A stretch of DNA of 44,271 nt from the IMG/VR virus record IMGVR_UViG_2565956725_000004, one strand, 5' to 3'. The DNA is from a virus (lineage: Duplodnaviria > Heunggongvirae > Uroviricota > Caudoviricetes). The notes below the pieces were generated by a model. That model was given only the letters and a program-made list of their open reading frames with translations, was not told the origin of the DNA and ran no database searches. Positions 35,730 to 44,271 of this stretch are shown here, piece by piece (the first letter of the stretch is position 1; every line of letters starts with the position of its first letter). The translations under genes and the position numbers were made by a program.

Positions 35730-38700
35730 ATGGGTAAAGGCAGCAGTAAGGGGCATACCCCGCGCGAAGCGAAGGACAACCTGAAGTCCACGCAGTTGCT
35801 GAGTGTGATCGATGCCATCAGCGAAGGGCCGGTTGAAGGTCCGGTGGAGGGATTAAAAAGCGTGCTGCTGAACAGTACGCCGGTGCTGGACACTGAGGGG
35901 AATACCAACATATCCGGTGTCACGGTGGTGTTCCGTGCCGGTGAGCAGGAGCAGACACCGCCGGAGGGGTTTGAATCCTCCGGCTCCGAGACGGTGCTCG
36001 GTACAGAAGTGAAATATGACACGCCGATCACCCGGACCATCACGTCGGCAAACATCGACCGTCTGCGCTTTACCTTCGGTGTACAGGCACTGGTGGAAAC
36101 CACCTCAAAGGGTGACAGGAATCCGTCGGAAGTCCGCCTGCTGGTTCAGATACAGCGTAATGGTGGCTGGGTGACGGAAAAAGACATCACCATTAAAGGC
36201 AAAACCACCTCACAGTATCTGGCATCGGTGGTGGTGGGTAACCTGCCGCCGCGCCCGTTCAATATCCGGATGCGCAGGATGACGCCGGACAGCACCACAG
36301 ACCAGCTGCAGAACAAAACGCTCTGGTCGTCATACACCGAAATCATCGATGTGAAACAGTGCTACCCGAACACGGCACTGGTCGGCGTACAGGTGGATTC
36401 GGAGCAGTTCGGCAGCCAGCAGGTGAGCCGTAATTATCATCTGCGCGGGCGTATTCTGCAGGTGCCGTCGAACTATAACCCGCAGATGCGGCAATACAGC
36501 GGTATCTGGGACGGAACGTTTAAGCCAGCATACAGCAATAACATGGCCTGGTGTCTGTGGGATATGCTGACCCATCCACGCTACGGCATGGGGAAACGTC
36601 TTGGTGCGGCGGATGTGGACAAATGGGCGCTGTATGTCATCGGCCAGTACTGCGACCAGTCAGTGCCGGACGGCTTTGGCGGCACGGAGCCGCGCATCAC
36701 CTGTAATGCGTACCTGACCACACAGCGCAAGGCGTGGGATGTGCTCAGTGATTTCTGCTCGGCGATGCGCTGTATGCCGGTATGGAACGGGCAGACGCTG
36801 ACGTTCGTGCAGGACCGACCGTCGGATAAGGTGTGGACCTATAACCGCAGTAATGTGGTGATGCCGGATGATGGCGCGCCGTTCCGCTACAGCTTCAGCG
36901 CCCTGAAAGACCGCCATAATGCCGTTGAGGTGAACTGGATTGACCCGAACAACGGCTGGGAGACGGCGACAGAGCTTGTGGAGGATACGCAGGCCATTGC
37001 CCGTTACGGTCGTAACGTCACGAAGATGGATGCTTTTGGCTGTACCAGCCGGGGGCAGGCACACCGCGCCGGGCTGTGGCTGATTAAAACAGAACTGCTG
37101 GAAACGCAGACCGTGGACTTCAGCGTGGGTGCAGAAGGGCTTCGCCATGTACCGGGCGATGTCATTGAAATCTGTGATGATGACTATGCGGGGATCAGCA
37201 TCGGCGGGCGCGTGCTGGCGGTGAACAACCAGACGCGGACACTGACGCTCGACCGTGAAATCACGCTGCCATCCTCCGGCACCACGCTGATAAGCCTGGC
37301 TGACGGACAGGGGAATCCGGTCAGCGTGGAGGTCCAGTCCGTCACCGACGGCGTGAAGGTAAAAGTGAGCCGTGTTCCTGACGGCGTTGCAGAATACAGC
37401 GTGTGGGGGCTGAAGTTGCCAACGTTGCGCCAGCGCCTGTTCCGCTGTGTGAGTATCCGTGAGAACGATGACGGCACGTATGCCATCACTGCCGTGCAGC
37501 ATGTACCGGAAAAAGAGGCCATCGTGGATAACGGGGCGCACTTTGACGGCGACCAGAGCGGAACGGTAAACGGTGTCACGCCGCCAGCGGTGCAGCACCT
37601 GACCGCAGAAGTCACCGCAGACAGCGGGGAATACCAGGTGCTGGCGCGCTGGGACACACCGAAGGTGGTGAAGGGGGTGAGCTTCCTGCTTCGCCTGACC
37701 GTAACAGCGGACGACGGCAGTGAGCGGCTGGTCAGCACGGCCCGGACGACGGAAACCACATACCGCTTCAGGCAACTGGCGCTGGGGCGTTACACGCTGA
37801 CGGTCCGGGCGGTAAATGCGTGGGGACAGCAGGGCGATCCGGCATCGGTATCGTTCCGGATTGCCGCACCGGCAGCGCCGTCGCGGATTGAGCTGACGCC
37901 GGGCTATTTTCAGATAACCGCCACGCCGCATCTTGCGGTTTATGATCCGACGGTACAGTTTGAGTTCTGGTTCTCGGAAAAGCGGATTGCGGATATCAGG
38001 CAGGTTGAAACCACAGCCCGCTATCTTGGCACGGCGCTGTACTGGATAGCCGCCAGTATCAATATCAAACCGGGCCATGATTATTATTTTTACGTTCGCA
38101 GTGTGAACACCGTCGGCAAATCGACATTCGTGGAGGCTGTCGGTCAGCCGAGTGATGACGCATCCGGCTATCTGGATTTTTTCAAAGGAGAGATAGGAAA
38201 AACACACCTGGCTCAGGAGTTGTGGACGCAGATTGATAACGGTCAGCTTGCGCCTGACCTGGCTGAAATCAGGACATCCATTACGGGTGTCAGCAATGAA
38301 ATCACGCAGACCGTCAATAAGAAACTGGAAGACCAGAGTGCAGCGATCCAGCAGATACAGAAGGTTCAGGTTGATACAAATAATAACCTGAACAGCATGT
38401 GGGCTGTGAAGCTGCAGCAGATGCAGGACGGACGCCTTTATATCGCGGGTATCGGTGCCGGTATTGAGAACACCCCCGACGGTATGCAGAGTCAGGTGCT
38501 GCTGGCGGCAGACAGGATTGCGATGATTAATCCTGCGAATGGCAACACAAAGCCGATGTTTGTTGGGCAGGGCGATCAGATATTCATGAACGAAGTGTTC
38601 CTGAAATATCTGACGGCTCCCACCATTACCAGCGGTGGCAATCCCCCAACGTTTTCACTGACACCTGACGGGCGACTGACGGCGAAAAATGCGGATATCA

Positions 38701-39212
38701 GCGGTAACGTGAACGCGAACTCCGGGACGCTCAACAACGTCACGATTAATCAGAACTGTCGGATTCTGGGAAAACTGTCAGCTAACCAGATTGAAGGTGA
38801 TATTGTCAAAACGGTGGGAAAAGCCTTTCCGAGAAATGGCAGTTATGCCAGCGGTACAATAACGGTCACTGTGTACGATGACCAGGCTTTTGACCGTCAG
38901 ATAGTAATCCCCCCCGTTCTGTTTCGCGGTGGTAAGCATGAAAACTTCAACAGCAACAACCAACAGTCATACTGGTATTCAACCTGTAAGCTGCAGGTGC
39001 TGAAGAACGGACAGGAAATCTTTCAGCAACCCGCGACGGATGTCAGCAGGGTATTTTCATCAGTCATTGATATGCCTGCCGGACACGGCCATGTCACCCT
39101 GACTTTCAATGTTTCTTCATATGGTGCTAATAACTGGACGCCAACGACCAGTATCAGCGACCTTCTTGTTGTTGTGATGAAGAAATCTACAGCTGGTATC
39201 AGTATCAGTTGA
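35730..39212 (+). CDS. J: Host specificity / central tail fibre protein J
   Basis: 1160-aa ORF, N-terminal and central regions lambda-J-like; C-terminal receptor-binding region not compared. Confidence 0.95.
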   Translation: MGKGSSKGHTPREAKDNLKSTQLLSVIDAISEGPVEGPVEGLKSVLLNSTPVLDTEGNTNISGVTVVFRAGEQEQTPPEGFESSGSETVLGTEVKYDTPITRTITSANIDRLRFTFGVQALVETTSKGDRNPSEVRLLVQIQRNGGWVTEKDITIKGKTTSQYLASVVVGNLPPRPFNIRMRRMTPDSTTDQLQNKTLWSSYTEIIDVKQCYPNTALVGVQVDSEQFGSQQVSRNYHLRGRILQVPSNYNPQMRQYSGIWDGTFKPAYSNNMAWCLWDMLTHPRYGMGKRLGAADVDKWALYVIGQYCDQSVPDGFGGTEPRITCNAYLTTQRKAWDVLSDFCSAMRCMPVWNGQTLTFVQDRPSDKVWTYNRSNVVMPDDGAPFRYSFSALKDRHNAVEVNWIDPNNGWETATELVEDTQAIARYGRNVTKMDAFGCTSRGQAHRAGLWLIKTELLETQTVDFSVGAEGLRHVPGDVIEICDDDYAGISIGGRVLAVNNQTRTLTLDREITLPSSGTTLISLADGQGNPVSVEVQSVTDGVKVKVSRVPDGVAEYSVWGLKLPTLRQRLFRCVSIRENDDGTYAITAVQHVPEKEAIVDNGAHFDGDQSGTVNGVTPPAVQHLTAEVTADSGEYQVLARWDTPKVVKGVSFLLRLTVTADDGSERLVSTARTTETTYRFRQLALGRYTLTVRAVNAWGQQGDPASVSFRIAAPAAPSRIELTPGYFQITATPHLAVYDPTVQFEFWFSEKRIADIRQVETTARYLGTALYWIAASINIKPGHDYYFYVRSVNTVGKSTFVEAVGQPSDDASGYLDFFKGEIGKTHLAQELWTQIDNGQLAPDLAEIRTSITGVSNEITQTVNKKLEDQSAAIQQIQKVQVDTNNNLNSMWAVKLQQMQDGRLYIAGIGAGIENTPDGMQSQVLLAADRIAMINPANGNTKPMFVGQGDQIFMNEVFLKYLTAPTITSGGNPPTFSLTPDGRLTAKNADISGNVNANSGTLNNVTINQNCRILGKLSANQIEGDIVKTVGKAFPRNGSYASGTITVTVYDDQAFDRQIVIPPVLFRGGKHENFNSNNQQSYWYSTCKLQVLKNGQEIFQQPATDVSRVFSSVIDMPAGHGHVTLTFNVSSYGANNWTPTTSISDLLVVVMKKSTAGISIS

Positions 39213-39264
39213 ATTTTATAACCCAGATACGGGTGCCAGAAATGGCGCCTTTTTTATTTGTGGA

Positions 39265-41331
39265 GTGAATATGGCAGTACAGATTTCAGGCGTGCTGAAA
39301 GACGGTGCAGGAAAACCGATACAGAACTGCACCATTCAGCTCAAAGCAAAACGTAACAGCACCACGGTTGTGGTGAACACGGTGGCCTCAGAAAATCCGG
39401 ATGAAGCCGGACGTTACAGCATGGATGTCGAGTATGGCCAGTACAGCGTTATCCTGCTGGTTGAAGGTTTTCCGCCTTCACATGCCGGGACCATCACCGT
39501 GTATGAGGATTCTAAGCCGGGGACGCTGAATGATTTTCTGGGTGCCATGACGGAAGAGGATGTCATGCCGGAGGCATTGCGTCGTTTTGAGGTAATGGTG
39601 GAGGATGTGGCACGCAACGCTGAAGCCGCCTCTCAGAGCGCAGCGGCAGCAAAGAAATCAGAAACAGCAGCGGCATCGTCCAGGAACGCGGCGAAAACAT
39701 CAGAGACGAATGCAGGTAACAGCGCGAAAGCGGCAGCTTCTTCAAAAACAGCCGCACAAAACGCAGCAACAGCGGCAGAACGTTCAGAGACAAATGCCCG
39801 TGCGTCAGAAGAAGCCTCCGCAGACAGTGAAGAGGCTTCCCGCCGTAATGCAGAGTCAGCCGCTGAAAATGCCGGAGTCGCCACCACAAAAGCGCGGGAG
39901 GCTGCAGCAGACGCAACAAAGGCCGGGCAGAAAAAGGATGAGGCTCTGTCGGCAGCGACACGAGCTGAAAAGGCGGCAGACCGCGCAGAAGCCGCAGCGG
40001 AAGTGACTGCAGAGCCCTATGCGAATATAGTGCCGCCGCTGCCTGATGTGTGGATACCGTTTAACGATTCACTGGATATGATTGCGGGTTTTTCTCCGGG
40101 CTATAAAAAAATAGCTATTGGTGACGATGTGGTTCAGGTCGCCAGTGATAAACAGGTTAATTTCAGTCGCGCATCAACGGCAACATATATCAACAAATCT
40201 GGCGAACTGAAAACGGCGGAAATTAATGAGCCGCGATTTGAGTGTGATGGCCTGCTTATTGAGGGACAAAGAACGAACTACATGCTCAATTCGGAAAGTC
40301 CAGCCAGCTGGGGGAAGTCATCAAACATGGATGTGCCCGAAACCGGGACGGATAGTTTTGGTTTTACTTATGGAAAGTTTGTCTGCAACGATTCTCTGGT
40401 TGGGCAAACTTCGGCTATTAATATGGCATCAATTGCTGCAACAAAGTCAGTTGATGTCTCAGGCGATAATAAGTACGTGACAACCTCATGCCGTTTTAAA
40501 ACAGAACGACAGGTAAGGTTACGTATACGGTTTGATAAGTATGATGGTAGTGCAACAACTTTTCTTGGCGATGCGTACATTGATACGCAAACGCTTGAAA
40601 TTAATATGACAGGTGGTGCTGCCGGCAGAATTACGGCACGAGTCAGGAAGGATAAGACCACAGGCTGGATTTTTGCAGAGGCAACGATTCAGGCAATTGA
40701 TGGTGAGTTAAAAATAGGCTCTCAGATACAGTATTCTCCTGAGCGGGGTGGGGCAACAGTATCTGGTGACTATATTTATCTTGCCACCCCACAAGTAGAG
40801 AATGGGCCGTGTGTATCATCATTTATTATTTCAGGAGGCAGCGCAACGACAAGAGCCAGTGATTTGGTTAGTATCCCCACCAGAAATAATCTTTATAAGT
40901 TACCATTTACTTTTTCACTTGAGATTCATAAAAACTGGGATATTGCACCAAACGCCGCACCCCGCGTGTGGGATATAGCAGCAGCCAATACCGGGCAATC
41001 AGCAATTGCAGCAATCAACAGAGGTAGTGGTAAGTTATATATGAGTCTGTCAAACCCTTCAGGCTCGTATGTTAATAGCGCAGCGACAGATGTATTTGCA
41101 GAGAAAACCACATTTGGATGTATTGCAAAAGCTGATGGTTACTTTCATGTGGTGACAAATGGTAAAGCGGTTAATGAAGTTTATTGTGAATATAATGGCG
41201 TGACCGCTGATAAAAATATCCGATTTGGAGGGCAGACGAATACTGGAGAACGACATCTGTTTGGCCATATTCGCAATTTCCGCATATGGCATAAAGAATT
41301 AAATGACAGGCAATTAAAAGAGGTCGTATGA
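39265..41331 (+). CDS. stf: Side tail fibre protein (lambda Stf-like N-terminus, Ala-rich shaft, divergent C-terminal lectin-like domain)
   Basis: N-terminus MAVQISGVLKDGAGKPIQNCTIQLKAKRNSTTVVVNT matches lambda Stf; C-terminus (HLFGHIRNFRIWHKELNDRQLKE) resembles LamG/concanavalin-like domain endings. Confidence 0.8.
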   Translation: MNMAVQISGVLKDGAGKPIQNCTIQLKAKRNSTTVVVNTVASENPDEAGRYSMDVEYGQYSVILLVEGFPPSHAGTITVYEDSKPGTLNDFLGAMTEEDVMPEALRRFEVMVEDVARNAEAASQSAAAAKKSETAAASSRNAAKTSETNAGNSAKAAASSKTAAQNAATAAERSETNARASEEASADSEEASRRNAESAAENAGVATTKAREAAADATKAGQKKDEALSAATRAEKAADRAEAAAEVTAEPYANIVPPLPDVWIPFNDSLDMIAGFSPGYKKIAIGDDVVQVASDKQVNFSRASTATYINKSGELKTAEINEPRFECDGLLIEGQRTNYMLNSESPASWGKSSNMDVPETGTDSFGFTYGKFVCNDSLVGQTSAINMASIAATKSVDVSGDNKYVTTSCRFKTERQVRLRIRFDKYDGSATTFLGDAYIDTQTLEINMTGGAAGRITARVRKDKTTGWIFAEATIQAIDGELKIGSQIQYSPERGGATVSGDYIYLATPQVENGPCVSSFIISGGSATTRASDLVSIPTRNNLYKLPFTFSLEIHKNWDIAPNAAPRVWDIAAANTGQSAIAAINRGSGKLYMSLSNPSGSYVNSAATDVFAEKTTFGCIAKADGYFHVVTNGKAVNEVYCEYNGVTADKNIRFGGQTNTGERHLFGHIRNFRIWHKELNDRQLKEVV

Positions 41332-41606
41332 AAGATTTAACTTTGAAGTTTCATGACTAACTGCAGTTTAAGGCCTTCCTGTCATCTCTTGGCTGGGCGG
41401 AAGATGAAGACCTCCAGAATAAACTGTTAGTTGATGAAATTGGTTTCACCTACACAGAAACAGGGGTAACAGAAGAGGGAGAACCTGTCTGTATCCGGAA
41501 TGATGGTTATTTTGTCAACATTCGCATTCTTGATGACTTGTTTGATGTTTCTGTATTCTCTGATTATGTCGTGGAGCTGGAAACACCGCTTCGGGAATGG
41601 AGCTGA
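41328..41606 (+). pseudogene. Small ORF interrupted by an in-frame TAA after codon 10 (possible nonsense-inactivated gene)
   Basis: ATG at 41328 overlaps the stf stop (ATGA); TAA at 41358..41360; the same frame stays open for 81 more codons to TGA 41604..41606 with no internal ATG. Confidence 0.4.
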
Positions 41607-41618
41607 AAGGAGGAAATA

Positions 41619-41912
41619 ATGGATATAAGCCCCTTACTTCATGCACTTTGTGCTGTGGCTGCGCAGATACTGGTTGGTCTTTTTACCGGAAACTGGGCTT
41701 ACGGAGCGATAGCCGGTTGTACGTTCTTCATTGCGCGTGAACATACCCAGGCAGAATATCGCTGGATTGAAATGTTCGGGCATGGCAAGCGAATGAATAT
41801 GCCGTGGTGGGGTGGTTTTGATCCGCGTGCTTGGGATGTGGCAAGCCTGATGGATTTTGCTGTGCCGGTGGTGGCGTGTCTGCTGGTCTGGGTATTTATC
41901 CGTTCAACATAA
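41619..41912 (+). CDS. Hypothetical small inner-membrane protein
   Basis: 97-aa ORF with strong AAAGGAGG ribosome-binding site; hydrophobic helices at both ends. Confidence 0.55.
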   Translation: MDISPLLHALCAVAAQILVGLFTGNWAYGAIAGCTFFIAREHTQAEYRWIEMFGHGKRMNMPWWGGFDPRAWDVASLMDFAVPVVACLLVWVFIRST

Positions 41913-42253
41913 AAAGTCGCAGCAACTTGTCATGGCGGAATACTGCGGCTTGCTGGCGAACCTTTGATAGTTCGGGTATTGAATAATTTCCAGCCATTAC
42001 TGATTTTATGTATTTTTTGCATGAGAGGATTTGCTCCTCCTTACACCGAGCTTACATGATTACACGCTACTGTTTTAGGTGTGCTATGTGCCAGAAGTAG
42101 ACATAGTTTTATCTTACTTTATGTACAATAAGCTAAGAACTTACTTGCGCACTATTTCTGTTAGGTAGTATGAAAAAAATGGGAGTATATTCAATTAGGT
42201 ATAAACAGGAGTTTCTGATGCATCAGACATATCTTGGATAATTGGATGTTGAT

Positions 42254-42280
42254 TGATCAGGGTTGCAGCAACCCTGATCA
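42254..42280. repeat. Near-perfect 27-bp palindrome (13-bp arms, 1-nt centre) downstream of the OLD-family gene
   Basis: TGATCAGGGTTGC-A-GCAACCCTGATCA; a second perfect 14-bp palindrome TCTGATGCATCAGA lies at 42214..42227. Confidence 0.5.
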
Positions 42281-42387
42281 GAAATTTCATATTGCTAAAT
42301 TTAACTCTTATTAATTAATGGAACCATATCACTAATATCCAATATAATTGTAACTTTAAAAGTTACGATAATATAGATTTTAAATTT

Positions 42388-44271
42388 TTACTCCTGAATT
42401 CCTGGTAATACTTCCGGTATAATGGTAATTGGGTTTTGGGATGGGGAGATTTCAAATGGGAAAGTCGTACGCTCAAACAATGGTGAGACTATATCAACTT
42501 TAAGCTTAAGCTGTTGCTCAGTAGATTTATTCGTTAATTTGAATACTGTTGCATCAACCCCGATGGTAGATCTAGCTAGTGTATCAAGTTCTTGATCGCT
42601 ACTGTTCAATGTCATTTCAAGCATCACTGGTGTCAACATAGCACCGAGCTTCATACGAAGGAGACGATCTTCATCGACAAACTGATTTGGAGCCGTATGA
42701 TTTAAGGCATCATAAATATCATTATAACACATTGCAAGTTCTTTCTGAGTTTTAGCATCAAATCCAGCAGCTTCTAGTGCAGCACGATCTGGTTTTCCAG
42801 TTCCAATTTCTTCTATCGTCCCGTAATAGTTTTCAATTGCTCCTCGACGTAAAAAAAAGCACCCAAGATTACTTAATGCCTTCAAAAGCACATTGTATTT
42901 TCTACAAAGACTTTCGGCTCGAGAAGATGCTTCTGTACCAAAGCTTGTTGGATCAGTAAGAATACGAGCTAACGTCACGCGACGTTTGCTATCAGCCCCA
43001 GAATCTTTACTTGACCAATTAGGATAACTTTCAGCTGCTATCTCAACCTCTTCCTTAAAGTCAGTCATGAAGGTTGTAATTTCTGCACGCAAATCTCTGT
43101 CAAGATCAGCGAGACTTGTTCTTCCGACTTGGTCTGCAATCGCCCTAGCTTCTGTTAATCCACTGAAATAGTTGACTAAATTATTATCGTCAGCTAAGGC
43201 GTCGAGATCTGCAAGCAAACTAACTCGTTTATTCATCAAGCGAAACAGTTTGGCAGCTTCGATAAACTCTCCCTTACCAGTAACTGGAAGTATCTGAGCA
43301 TTACGTGCAAGGAGACGGAGACCGAACTTTCTTGCAAGTTGTGTTACTATTATTTCATCACTAGGACCTTCGACTAATAAAACATGCTCAGCGAACATAG
43401 CTGTTCGATGGGTAGCGCTAAGGCGTGCTATTAATGCGGCCAGTTTTGTGCTGCAAAGAATATCTGCATTTTTTGGTATCTGAACTGGAGGTTGCTGTGC
43501 GGAGTTGAAAAAGATTATTTTTGATAACTCTTCAATTCGTCGCAGCGGTAGTATTGAAGGTGAATGTGTCGCTATGATTATCATTTTTTTCTTTGGATTT
43601 TGAGGATCACCGGCTACCAGTTCCATCTCTTCGAGCAGAAATGCTTGATGCTGTGGGTGTAGGGAGATTTCTGGCTCATCGATAATCAATGCACCTATTT
43701 CGTCATTATGAATTGCAGTTAGTAACGAGACAACCTGCAGTATACCGCTGGCTTCGTGATTAGCTGCGTAGCCATCGCCGCCAGTGACGGATGTTATTCT
43801 AATAGTCATTCCATTTTGAGACCACTTGAGCTCAACGCTTCGATCAAACAACTGCTGTAGGCGTGCTTCAATCTTTAGTTTGAGGTCTGGTCTCTGGTCT
43901 AAGATCATTAAGTCACCAGTAACACTTTCATAATTCCACCATTGCTCAACGTAACTCGCGTTTCCAATAGCAGCATCGCTAGAATTGATGCCATAAGGAG
44001 AATCTGAGCTAGATCTATAGGATTCAAATGGACTACACCGTCCTGCCGAAAGAAAATGTACTTTTCTATTTTGTCCAATTATTCGGTTTTCACTCAATAA
44101 TTTTGATTTTATTGCACGCAGTGCTCGGGTTTTACCACTACCATTTGGCCCGACCATCGTTGTAATACCTGGTCCGACTTGTATTATCGCTTTTGTGGAT
44201 GAATTATCGACTAATGAATATTCAACGTCCATCGGCCACATAAGGTCTTGATCTGCAGTATCTAAGCTCAT
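42388..44271 (-). CDS. OLD-family nuclease (N-terminal ABC-type ATPase, C-terminal Toprim domain); N-terminus at window edge
   Basis: Walker A GPNGSGKT, Walker B ALIIDEPEISLHP, ATHSP, then Toprim-like LLVEGPSDE and DLDALADD; A+T-rich codon usage; the ORF reaches the last base of the window, so the true start is unconfirmed. Confidence 0.8.
   Translation of the reverse strand: MSLDTADQDLMWPMDVEYSLVDNSSTKAIIQVGPGITTMVGPNGSGKTRALRAIKSKLLSENRIIGQNRKVHFLSAGRCSPFESYRSSSDSPYGINSSDAAIGNASYVEQWWNYESVTGDLMILDQRPDLKLKIEARLQQLFDRSVELKWSQNGMTIRITSVTGGDGYAANHEASGILQVVSLLTAIHNDEIGALIIDEPEISLHPQHQAFLLEEMELVAGDPQNPKKKMIIIATHSPSILPLRRIEELSKIIFFNSAQQPPVQIPKNADILCSTKLAALIARLSATHRTAMFAEHVLLVEGPSDEIIVTQLARKFGLRLLARNAQILPVTGKGEFIEAAKLFRLMNKRVSLLADLDALADDNNLVNYFSGLTEARAIADQVGRTSLADLDRDLRAEITTFMTDFKEEVEIAAESYPNWSSKDSGADSKRRVTLARILTDPTSFGTEASSRAESLCRKYNVLLKALSNLGCFFLRRGAIENYYGTIEEIGTGKPDRAALEAAGFDAKTQKELAMCYNDIYDALNHTAPNQFVDEDRLLRMKLGAMLTPVMLEMTLNSSDQELDTLARSTIGVDATVFKLTNKSTEQQLKLKVDIVSPLFERTTFPFEISPSQNPITIIPEVLPGIQE

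Larger units (their letters stand above)
150..44271. mobile_element. Lambdoid prophage, left junction (attL) near 150-165, right end beyond window
   Basis: Integrase next to the truncated host gene, followed by a complete set of immunity, replication, lysis, packaging, head and tail genes in canonical order. Confidence 0.85.

Noticed and set aside
36660-38207. 515-aa minus-strand ORF, and a nested 191-aa ORF, inside the J gene
   Set aside because: Antisense to a well-supported lambda-J-like gene; Arg/Pro/Ala-rich composition typical of spurious frames in GC-rich coding DNA; no ribosome-binding site.

Overview
This window is almost entirely a lambdoid (lambda/Stx-phage-like) enterobacterial prophage, integrated at the 5' end of prfC, with its left junction near 150-165 and its right end beyond the window. 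Left to right: truncated host prfC start (91..165); P4-type integrase; an A+T-rich multi-TM moron; excisionase; a leftward early operon resembling the E. coli CPS-53 yfdP/Q/R/S/T block; a GC-rich structured non-coding segment; a secreted moron; the immunity region (cI, cro, operator repeats); a replication/nin region (O-like initiator with internal iterons, PerC-like regulator, Dam-like methyltransferase, RusA, KilA-N, DUF968, Q antiterminator); an A+T-rich two-gene cassette on the opposite strand at the position where Stx phages carry stx; a second methyltransferase; lambda-like lysis genes (holin, R, Rz/Rz1); a cos-like site; terminase, portal, a fused protease-scaffold-capsid gene; a lambda-like tail module (Z, U, V, G/T with -1 frameshift, H, M, L, K, I, J); a side tail fiber with a lambda-Stf-like N-terminus; and an OLD-family ATPase-Toprim nuclease at the right edge. 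No tRNA, rRNA, CRISPR array or stx genes were seen. The strongest candidate for an undescribed system is the two-gene cassette at 15280..16741 (cytoplasmic 308-aa protein plus 4-TM 182-aa protein); the int-proximal membrane protein and the OLD-family nuclease are further defence-like cargo. All homology statements come from reading the translations against remembered protein families; no database search was run.
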